A stretch of DNA of 32,000 bases from an uncultured bacterium. GTDB taxonomy: Bacteria; Patescibacteriota; Gracilibacteria; UBA1369; PNNO01. The stretch lies in assembly GCA_963704705.1 (NCBI GenBank), contig OY969931.1, positions 660,001 to 692,000 of the forward strand, in the 5' to 3' direction. Shown here in pieces: positions 14,584 through 22,548 of this stretch (positions are counted from its first letter, which is position 1; every line of letters starts with the position of its first letter). The notes beneath the pieces are model-generated. The model searched no databases, had not been told where the DNA came from, and worked only from the letters and a program-made list of their open reading frames with translations. The translations under genes were made by a program, and so were the position numbers.

Positions 14584-15909
14584 ATGAATAAAAAAATACA
14601 TTTAATCGGTATAGGTGGAATAGGTTTAAGCGGGCTTGCACAAATACTCTACGAACAGGGATATAAAGTTTCAGGTTCTGATAAGGAGGATTCGGATATT
14701 ATCGAAAGAATGAAAGAAAAAGGCATAAAAATTCAAATCGGTCATAATGAACAATTTTTACCTGAAGATTCAATCAAAGTAATATATTCTTCAGCTATTC
14801 CTGATGATAATCCGGAACTTTTAAAAGCAAAGAAATTAAAAATTCCAATATTTACTTATGCCCAGGCAATTAAAGAATTTACTGAAAATTTATATACAAT
14901 TGCTGTATGCGGAACTCACGGAAAAACAACTGTTACAGCCTTTTCTTCACTTGCTTTAATTGCAGGAGAAAAAGATCCCACTGTTATAATTGGGTCTGAA
15001 TTAAAAGAATTTGGTGGTCAAAATTACAGATTGGGCACTGAAGATTATTTTATTGTTGAAGCTTGTGAATATAAACGAAATTTTCTTAATTATTCTCCAA
15101 ATATAATAATTCTAACAAACCTTGAAGCCGAGCATCTTGATTATTTTAAAGATTTGGATGATTACAAAGAAGCTTTTAAAGAATTTATAGCTAAATTGCC
15201 TGAAGATGGATTTTTAATTGCCAACGGCGATGATGAAAATGTTTTGGATGTTATCACTGATGCTAAAGCTCAGGTTATTTTATTTCATAGTGATGACCCG
15301 AGGATAAAAGAATTAAATTTACAGATTCCAGGTGATTTTAATAAATTAAATGCACTGTGTGGCATTATTTTAGGTCAGATATTAAATATAGACCGCGAAA
15401 AAATTCTCAATATTTATTCAAAATTTAAAGGTGCGTGGAGACGATTTGAAATTCTTGGAAAATTTTACAATATGACCGTTATAAGTGATTATGCTCATCA
15501 TCCAACAGCAATCAAAAAAACAATTGATGCTGCTCATGAAAAATATCCTAATTCAAAAATTTGCTGTTTATTTCAGCCGCATCAATATAATCGTACACGA
15601 AACTTTATTAAGGAATTTGGAGAATCATTTAAAAAAGCTGAAACAGTAATTTTACCTAATATTTATCAGGTCAGAGATAAAAAAGAAGATATTGAAGGTG
15701 TAAAACTTGAGGATCTTGCTGAATCCATAAATAAAAATGGCACTGAAGTAGTATTGAAATCCGATTATGATTCTATCAAACAGTATCTTGAAGGAAATAA
15801 ATCAAAATATGATGTATTAATAATTATGGGAGCAGGGGATATATGGAAATTTGGCGAATACTATCTTTCGCAAAATCCAGAAAAATTTTGTGAAACCTGT
15901 ATGGATTAA
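14584..15909 (+). CDS. murC: UDP-N-acetylmuramate--L-alanine ligase
   Basis: 441 aa. N-terminal IHLIGIGGIGLSGLAQIL...GYKVSGSD Rossmann motif, Mur ligase P-loop AVCGTHGKTT, and C-terminal DYAHHP. Confidence 0.92.
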   Translation: MNKKIHLIGIGGIGLSGLAQILYEQGYKVSGSDKEDSDIIERMKEKGIKIQIGHNEQFLPEDSIKVIYSSAIPDDNPELLKAKKLKIPIFTYAQAIKEFTENLYTIAVCGTHGKTTVTAFSSLALIAGEKDPTVIIGSELKEFGGQNYRLGTEDYFIVEACEYKRNFLNYSPNIIILTNLEAEHLDYFKDLDDYKEAFKEFIAKLPEDGFLIANGDDENVLDVITDAKAQVILFHSDDPRIKELNLQIPGDFNKLNALCGIILGQILNIDREKILNIYSKFKGAWRRFEILGKFYNMTVISDYAHHPTAIKKTIDAAHEKYPNSKICCLFQPHQYNRTRNFIKEFGESFKKAETVILPNIYQVRDKKEDIEGVKLEDLAESINKNGTEVVLKSDYDSIKQYLEGNKSKYDVLIIMGAGDIWKFGEYYLSQNPEKFCETCMD

Positions 15910-17294
15910 TTAAATTTCTTCCAGATTGTACCCTCAGCAGTATCTTCGAGCACTATCCCGTGACTTAAAAGTTCATCTCTAATTTTATCTGATTTCTCCC
16001 ATTCTTTATTTGCACGTGCTGTTTCACGTTCTTTCATCAGTTTTTGGATATTGTCAGGAAGCTCTTCAGCTTCTTTAGGAATTAAAACAACAAAAACTTT
16101 ATCAATGTCAGTTATAAAATCCAGAATATTATCGCGATCACTATCGTTTAAATCAATATCATCTTTAAGAATATTTATTTCTTTAATAAATTCGAATAAT
16201 GCTGCTAAACCATCAGGTGTTTCAAAATCATTATTCATTCCGGTTTCAAATTTTTGTTTAGCATTTGCAGTAGCTTTTTTAATTTCATCATGAAGTATAC
16301 CGGAATCTTTTATTCTTTTAATTGAATTTACAAAATCATGAATTCTTTGCAGACTCATTTTAGACTGTTCCAAAAGTGCATCAGTAAAATTAATTGGTGA
16401 ACGGTAATGAGTTTGTAAGTACAAAAATCTAATTACTTCACCCGAATATTGGTCTAAAAGATTTTGAAGAGTAATGAAATTGCCTAATGATTTAGACATC
16501 TTTTCTTCATTTATGTTTATGAAGCCATTATGAAGCCAGTATTTTGCGAATAATTGTTTGGTTGCAGTTTCACTTTGCGCTATTTCGCATTCATGATGAG
16601 GAAAAGTTAGATCAGCACCGCCTGCATGTATATCGATTGTATCACCTAAAATAGATGTACTCATAGCACTGCACTCGATATGCCAGCCCGGTCTGCCTTT
16701 ACCCCACGGGCTGTCCCAGGAAGGTTCTCCTGGTTTTTCTTTTTTCCATAATGCAAAATCCTGTGGATTTCTTTTTGCTTCATTTACTTCAACACGAGCT
16801 CCCATTTGCAATTCATCTAATTTTTGATTTGATAATTTGCCGTATTCAGGAAATTTAGAAATATCAAAGTAAATTCCATCTTCCAGTTCGTAAATTGCTC
16901 CTGCTTCATCCAATTTTTTAATTAATTCAATAATATGATCAATATATTCGGTTGCTCTTGGTTTAACATCCGGATCCATTATTTTAAGCCTTCCATAATC
17001 TCTTTCGTACATTGGAATAACTTTTTCTGACAATTCTTTAACTGATATGCCTTCTTCATTGGCCCTGTTAATCATTTTATCGTCTATATCAGTGTAGTTT
17101 GATACATATTTGACATTGTATCCCTTATAAATTAAATAACGTCTAATAACATCAAAAGCAGTCGCGCTTCTGCCGTGTCCTAAATGCGCAGAGTCGTAAA
17201 CAGTTGGTCCGCATAAATAAAAAGTTACTTCTCCTTCTTTTAAAGATTTAAACTCCTCTTTTTGTCTGCTTAATGTATTGTAAATTTTAATCAT
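15906..17294 (-). CDS. cysS: Cysteinyl-tRNA synthetase
   Basis: 462 aa. HIGH-type HLGHGRS, KMSKS, and Zn/Cys-binding GWHIECS. The stop overlaps the convergent murC stop by 4 nt. Confidence 0.95.
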   Translation of the reverse strand: MIKIYNTLSRQKEEFKSLKEGEVTFYLCGPTVYDSAHLGHGRSATAFDVIRRYLIYKGYNVKYVSNYTDIDDKMINRANEEGISVKELSEKVIPMYERDYGRLKIMDPDVKPRATEYIDHIIELIKKLDEAGAIYELEDGIYFDISKFPEYGKLSNQKLDELQMGARVEVNEAKRNPQDFALWKKEKPGEPSWDSPWGKGRPGWHIECSAMSTSILGDTIDIHAGGADLTFPHHECEIAQSETATKQLFAKYWLHNGFININEEKMSKSLGNFITLQNLLDQYSGEVIRFLYLQTHYRSPINFTDALLEQSKMSLQRIHDFVNSIKRIKDSGILHDEIKKATANAKQKFETGMNNDFETPDGLAALFEFIKEINILKDDIDLNDSDRDNILDFITDIDKVFVVLIPKEAEELPDNIQKLMKERETARANKEWEKSDKIRDELLSHGIVLEDTAEGTIWKKFN

Positions 17295-17566
17295 GAAATT
17301 GGAAGTAATAATCCTATTAAAAGAGAGCGGGTAAATTCAATTACCATAAAAGCGATAATCGGACTTATGTCGATCATTCCAAGTCTTGGTACTACTCGTC
17401 TGAATAGTGATAAAACAGGTTCAGTAATTTCAAATAAGAATTTAGAAAAACCCGAACTCGCATTTACTGGTTTGATCCATGAAAGAATTACTCTTATGAA
17501 TATCGCAAATATTAATAGTTCTGCAAATACATTAACAAATTGTGCCAAAAAATACCGGATCTCCAT
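17291..17566 (-). CDS. yggT: YggT-family integral membrane protein
   Basis: 91 aa with two TM helices. Family pattern ILSWI...P.......E.TEP.L...R...P..G.IDISPI. ATGA overlap with cysS. Confidence 0.8.
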   Translation of the reverse strand: MEIRYFLAQFVNVFAELLIFAIFIRVILSWIKPVNASSGFSKFLFEITEPVLSLFRRVVPRLGMIDISPIIAFMVIEFTRSLLIGLLLPIS

Positions 17567-17597
17567 TTTCTAATTATTAATATGGCCGGATCTGATT

Positions 17598-17815
17598 CTA
17601 GCACACTTCGTCGTACTTTCTCAACCTACTCAATCAGTCGCATTCGCTCCTTCTTCGTAGCTTGATCTAGCACACTTCGTCGTACTTTCTCAACCTACTC
17701 AATCAGTCGCATTCGCTCCCTCTTCGTAGCTTGATCTAGCACACTTCGTCGTACTTTCTCAACCTACTCAATCAGTCGCATTCGCTCCTTCTTCGTAGCT
17801 TGATCTAGCACACTT
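17598..17815. repeat. Non-coding tandem repeat, 69-bp unit x 3 full copies plus an 11-nt partial copy
   Basis: Units run 17598-17666, 17667-17735 and 17736-17804. The partial copy at 17805-17815 is the stop codon and last codons of the surface-protein gene. There is a single substitution (T to C in unit 2, GCTCCCTC). All six frames contain stops in every unit. Visibly more GC-rich than its surroundings. Confidence 0.95.
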
Positions 17816-19934
17816 TCTTTTTAAATTTAAAGTAAAGCTGAGAAATTAATAGAGAAATCAGAACAAACCAAATCATTTCCGGACCGGTTGATTCTAATTT
17901 ATTAGTTGTAATTGTTACTGTTTTCACTTGTGATTCGTCAGGCGGAGGTGTGAATACCTGCACTTGCGAGTAAGGAATTCCGCTTACTATGCTACTTTTA
18001 TTTGCACTCTCCTGATCAGCATCATCTACAGCAGCTACTGCAAAGAAATACTCCTGACCATTTACAAGATTAGGTATATACCAAGTTGTTTTATTATCAA
18101 ACGTATTAACTGCTCTATCTAAATTGCTTGGAGTAAGTCCAAAATATATTTTGTAATGATCAATACCTGAATCATCTGATGCCGGCTGCCATTTTAAAGT
18201 TACCTTAGCATCTGTTGAAACAACTTGTACTCCGAATACATCTGATGGTATTTGGTCTTCTTGTGCTACGGGTTGTTGTCCATCAATTAATCCATCACCG
18301 CCTTCGGTGATTTCTAATATTGCAACATTTGTGTAAGAACCTTCATTCCCAAGTTCATCAACCAAAATTACATCAAGCGGATATGTTCCTGGATCAGTTG
18401 GAGCCTGAATTGATGCGTTATATTTGGTAGGATCATTAGGATCTTGTTCAAGTTCAGCAATATCAACATTAAATACAACAGCTCCCTGAAATACATCTGG
18501 TTCTGAAGTTACAACAATATCCAAAATATCACCTGTTTTAATACCTGTTGATGGTGTGATTTTTATATTTTTTACTTCAGGTGGCGAAGTATCGATGTCG
18601 ATTTTTACTTCATCTGATGTATATTGAATTGTATCGTCGCTATCTAATGCAACCGCGATTAAAGTATGTGGTCCGTCTAAAAGCTCATCTGTTTGGAAAC
18701 TAAAAGTTCTGTCACCTTGTACTTCAGTTGAACCTAAAGTTACATCATTATCAAATAATTGAATCGTAAGATCAGTACTTGGTGCTGTTCCGGTTATTGT
18801 AAATTCTCTTTGACCGTAAGTACCAGCCGTAGGAGAGTCAATAACCAATTCAAAATCATTTCCGGTTGTAGTTTGCGGAGGCTGAGAACCAGTTCCAACA
18901 AAAATTTCTTCAGTTCCTCTAATTGTAAAATCACCCAAATCTGTAGCAACTACTGTATATGTTCCTGCTTGAGCGAAATTTAACGAAGAACCAGCGCCTT
19001 TAAATTCATGTGATCCGCTATCAAAATCAACATCAAACGTATAATCATTAGGTAAACTTGCATAAACACTGTTTGAACCTTCTACTGAAAAATGTACTGA
19101 TCCGGAATAATTAGGAACAATGCCTCCTTCTGAATCATAAGCCGTTAATGTGAATGGAGTATCTGAATTTGGTAAGATTGTTGCTGGAAGATTTTCAAAT
19201 ACAAGATTTGAAACTTCTCCGGCTTGCGCATAAGCGGTTTCAATAGAACCACCTGCGTTTTCCATACCTGTATAAGCTATTTCAACTCTTTTATCCAATA
19301 CTTTATTAGCTGTTGAATCCAAAAACGAATAGATTGAAACACCATCGCTTGTTGAAGATAGTGTGAAAATCATAGATCCGCTTTCATCTGTAAATGCTTT
19401 TTGTGATACTTTGAGAACCTGATCATTTGCTCTGCTTGAAATAACAGCAATTTCATGCCCTTTAATAGGGTTATCGTATTTATCTCTAAGTGTTATGGTA
19501 ACGTAAATTTTATCTGTTCCAGTTGCTTTAGCTACTAATTTCGAAGGATCAATTGTTGAATTTTCAGATGAAATACTGTCAGGAAATACAGTGAAAGTAT
19601 TAAAATTGCCATTTGTTCCGTTATCCAAATGCGCAGCAACTTTATATTCACCAGCTTCCTTTGTATGATAATCGTATAAATTGAATTCAGCAATTCCTTC
19701 ATCATTTGATAAAACTGGGATATTAAGCTCAGTGCCGCTTGGTTTTACAATGGTAAATACCACATTTTTATTTGCAAATGTTTTTGAACTATAAATTTGT
19801 GCTTCAAATCCTGCAATTGTATCCATTCCAAACGCTTCCAATTTAAATGGAGTCGATTCAGCTGATGCAATGCCAGCATTTAAAATTATTGTAGTCAGTA
19901 AGCCGAAAGCTAAATATTTGATTCGGTTTTTCAT
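17805..19934 (-). CDS. Large secreted surface protein with Ig-like (Big_1-type) and fibronectin-III domains and a C-terminal LPXTG-like anchor signal
   Basis: Start chosen at the Met giving signal peptide MKNRIKYLAFGLLTTIILNAGIASA. The longer track ORF to 20135 would overlap ilvE. Big_1-like segment YVTITLRDKYDNPIKGHEI. FN3 segment VTLKWQPASDDSGIDHYKIYF...NGQEYFFAVAAVD. The C-terminus reads LESTG, then a hydrophobic helix, then KFKKKVC. Confidence 0.8.
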   Translation of the reverse strand: MKNRIKYLAFGLLTTIILNAGIASAESTPFKLEAFGMDTIAGFEAQIYSSKTFANKNVVFTIVKPSGTELNIPVLSNDEGIAEFNLYDYHTKEAGEYKVAAHLDNGTNGNFNTFTVFPDSISSENSTIDPSKLVAKATGTDKIYVTITLRDKYDNPIKGHEIAVISSRANDQVLKVSQKAFTDESGSMIFTLSSTSDGVSIYSFLDSTANKVLDKRVEIAYTGMENAGGSIETAYAQAGEVSNLVFENLPATILPNSDTPFTLTAYDSEGGIVPNYSGSVHFSVEGSNSVYASLPNDYTFDVDFDSGSHEFKGAGSSLNFAQAGTYTVVATDLGDFTIRGTEEIFVGTGSQPPQTTTGNDFELVIDSPTAGTYGQREFTITGTAPSTDLTIQLFDNDVTLGSTEVQGDRTFSFQTDELLDGPHTLIAVALDSDDTIQYTSDEVKIDIDTSPPEVKNIKITPSTGIKTGDILDIVVTSEPDVFQGAVVFNVDIAELEQDPNDPTKYNASIQAPTDPGTYPLDVILVDELGNEGSYTNVAILEITEGGDGLIDGQQPVAQEDQIPSDVFGVQVVSTDAKVTLKWQPASDDSGIDHYKIYFGLTPSNLDRAVNTFDNKTTWYIPNLVNGQEYFFAVAAVDDADQESANKSSIVSGIPYSQVQVFTPPPDESQVKTVTITTNKLESTGPEMIWFVLISLLISQLYFKFKKKVC

Positions 19935-20069
19935 TTTTTTATTTTGATATCTTAGATATTTCTTAATATTATACCAAAAAAATGATTTTTTTACAATGTT
20001 TAAGGCTATATAATTGATTTTTTTTACATCATAACATAAGATTTTTTTGATATTTATTAATTTTTTATT

Positions 20070-20972
20070 ATGGATAAGGTTGATTTGATATGGATGAATG
20101 GCGAGTTTATACCTTGGGATAAAGCAAAAGTGCATGTTTTATCTCATTCTTTGCATTATGGAAGCGGTGTTTTTGAAGGAATTAGATTTTATGAAACAGC
20201 AAGCGGGAAAACCGCAATATTTAGATTAAAAGAGCACGTTGAAAGGCTTTATTTTTCTGCTAAAACTCTAGAAATGGAAATTCCATATTCAAAAGAAGAA
20301 ATTGAAAATATAATTCTTGAGACAATTAGAAAAAATAATGTTAAAGCAGGCTATATAAGACCTATAATTTTTTATGGATATGGTAAAATGGGTTTAAATC
20401 CTAAAGGTGCTGATTTGGATATTTGTATTGCTGTATGGCCTTGGGGATCATATTTAGGTGAGGATATGGTAAAAGTAAAAACTTCTTCAATTATAAGAAT
20501 CCATCCAAGAAGTTCAGAAACAAAAGCAAAAATAACCGGACATTACTCGAATTCAATTCAGGCCCATCTGGAAGCTGTAAATGCCGGATTTGATGAAGCT
20601 CTGTTACTTGATTTTGAGGGAAATGTTGCAGAAGGGCCGGGTGAAAATATATTTATGGTCAAGAATAACCAATTAATAACTCCTCAGGAAGGCAATATAC
20701 TTATTGGTGTTACGCGTGATTCAATTTTTAAAATTGCAGCTGATAATAATATTGAAGTAAATGAAAAATTGATTACTTTAGATGAATTGAAACAGTCTGA
20801 CGAAGCATTTTTTACTGGAACAGCTGCCGAAGTTACACCTATAAAACAAATTGATGAAACTATTGTTGGCGATGGAAAAACCGGACCGATTACAATTAAG
20901 TTAAAAACCTTATTTGAAGATGCAATTCATGGTAAAATAGACCAGTATTCAGAATGGTTAACTTATGTTTAA
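20070..20972 (+). CDS. ilvE: Branched-chain amino acid aminotransferase (fold-type IV PLP enzyme)
   Basis: 300 aa, collinear with E. coli IlvE: IWMNGEFIPWDKAKVHVLSHSLHYGSGVFEGIRFY, YIRPIIFYG, EGPGENIF, FFTGTAAEVTPI. Confidence 0.88.
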   Translation: MDKVDLIWMNGEFIPWDKAKVHVLSHSLHYGSGVFEGIRFYETASGKTAIFRLKEHVERLYFSAKTLEMEIPYSKEEIENIILETIRKNNVKAGYIRPIIFYGYGKMGLNPKGADLDICIAVWPWGSYLGEDMVKVKTSSIIRIHPRSSETKAKITGHYSNSIQAHLEAVNAGFDEALLLDFEGNVAEGPGENIFMVKNNQLITPQEGNILIGVTRDSIFKIAADNNIEVNEKLITLDELKQSDEAFFTGTAAEVTPIKQIDETIVGDGKTGPITIKLKTLFEDAIHGKIDQYSEWLTYV

Positions 20973-22537
20973 TGTATAAAAAAATTCTTCCGTTATTTAT
21001 CTTGATTGTATTTATTGCTTTGCCTTTTACTGCGTTTGCGCAACAAGCTGAAGCAACTGAGAGTCCAAACTATATTGGAGATGCTGTTTTTGAAGCTATA
21101 ATTACTGCTAGCAGCAGTGTTCAGCAAAATAAAAATATCATTTTCGATGCAACAAAAAGCACACATCCTGATCCAAATGCAAAAATTACCTATAGTTGGG
21201 ATTTTGGTGATGGTAACAAAAAAGAAGGACCGGAAGTAGTGCATAATTATACTGAATTGGGTCCTAAAACTGTCACACTTACTGCAAATGACGGGACTGA
21301 ATCTGTATCTACCACAAAAGAAATTTTTGTACATAAAAAAATTATTATATTAATTACTGATAAAGCTGATTTAAAAGAACGTCTCGATGGATTTACAAAT
21401 TATGCGAGAGATCGTGACAATGAGATTTTATTATACGAAAGTTATGATTCAGCTACAGAATTTATTTCAGAAGAAGTACTTGAAAGAAAATTAAGCGAAA
21501 ATATTGACAACTTAAGAAAAATCGATGAAATAATAGTATGGACTGACGGAGACTCTGGTTTAAATGCGTTATCCCGTGTAAAGCAAAATCAGGCTGCCCT
21601 TGATCCGCCGCTTACATTTGATAAAAAAACTATTTTAGTTCTTAAAGATGCGGATGAAAATCTGGGCCAGCTTCAAAGGCATTACGAATTGTTAAAGCCT
21701 GAAAATATTATTATTGCCAAAGAAGCTGCTTTTTACGCATTAATCGACAGTGACAATTCAACTGATTTTATTAATAAATTAAAAAATGACGGTTACGAAT
21801 ATAATTTGATTAATGTTGAAACAGGAACACTTCAGATTTGGAACTTTATGTCATATTTTGTTAATTACCTGATCGACAGCGGAATTCCTGCAAATACTGT
21901 TATTTTGATTTTAATGTTACCTGTAATTGCGACAATAGTCGCGTTTATGAAACAAATAGTGGGATTAACCACATTTGGTGTTTATACTCCTTCAATTATA
22001 ACTTTAACTTTTTGGATTTTAGGTCTTAAATTCGGCATTCTAACTTTAATTGTGATTCTTTTGGTTGGTACAGGCGTACGAATTGCCTTAAGCAGATTCA
22101 GACTATTATATATCCCGAAAATGGCGGTTGTATTATCAACTGTAGCATTAGCCATATTCGCACTTTTGATTATTTCAATTAGATTCAATCTATTTGATGC
22201 TCAATTTTTCTCTTTATCAATATTCCCAATGTTAATTTTGAGTACTTTGACTGAAAAATTTGTAAATGTTCAAACAGGAAAAGGATTTAACCGTGCATTA
22301 ATATTGGTTTTGCAGACATTATTGGTAGCAATAATCGCATACATTGTTATAGGCGGTGAAATTGACTTTTTCTTGTTCAAACTTAAGTTCTCGGCATTGC
22401 AGGGCTTCATCCTTGCTTATCCTGAAGTGATTTTATTATTTATAATTGTAAATATATTCCTTGGAAGATGGACAGGATTAAAATTATTGGAATATGTAAG
22501 ATTCAGAGAGGTGCTGCGTCACGTTGAAGAAGAATAA
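20972..22537 (+). CDS. Secreted PKD-domain plus alpha/beta domain fused to a C-terminal 7TM module (7TM_transglut-like)
   Basis: Start placed at the Met giving signal peptide MYKKILPLFILIVFIALPFTAFA (TAATG overlap with ilvE; the track ORF starts at 20954). PKD motif ITYSWDFGDGNKKEGPEVVHNYTELGPKTVTLTANDG. About 7 TM helices from roughly residue 300, ending GRWTGLKLLEYVRFREV. This is typical of the 7TM family that partners RimK-like ATP-grasp enzymes. Confidence 0.75.
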   Translation: MYKKILPLFILIVFIALPFTAFAQQAEATESPNYIGDAVFEAIITASSSVQQNKNIIFDATKSTHPDPNAKITYSWDFGDGNKKEGPEVVHNYTELGPKTVTLTANDGTESVSTTKEIFVHKKIIILITDKADLKERLDGFTNYARDRDNEILLYESYDSATEFISEEVLERKLSENIDNLRKIDEIIVWTDGDSGLNALSRVKQNQAALDPPLTFDKKTILVLKDADENLGQLQRHYELLKPENIIIAKEAAFYALIDSDNSTDFINKLKNDGYEYNLINVETGTLQIWNFMSYFVNYLIDSGIPANTVILILMLPVIATIVAFMKQIVGLTTFGVYTPSIITLTFWILGLKFGILTLIVILLVGTGVRIALSRFRLLYIPKMAVVLSTVALAIFALLIISIRFNLFDAQFFSLSIFPMLILSTLTEKFVNVQTGKGFNRALILVLQTLLVAIIAYIVIGGEIDFFLFKLKFSALQGFILAYPEVILLFIIVNIFLGRWTGLKLLEYVRFREVLRHVEEE

Positions 22538-22548
22538 CTTTATAGCCA

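Noticed and set aside
17598-17815. CRISPR array hypothesis for the 69-bp repeats
   Set aside because: The repeats are directly abutting with no unique spacers. The unit is about twice typical CRISPR repeat length. No cas genes occur in the window.
19943-19955. Short palindrome ATATCT-t-AGATAT in the surface-protein / ilvE divergent region, considered as an operator
   Set aside because: The 6-bp all-A/T-rich arms are too likely by chance in this composition. No second copy or nearby regulator supports it.
19935-20135. 67-aa N-terminal extension of the surface-protein ORF (track start at 20135)
   Set aside because: The extension would overlap the divergent ilvE start and promoter region and has an implausible composition. 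The internal Met at 19934 gives a canonical signal peptide.
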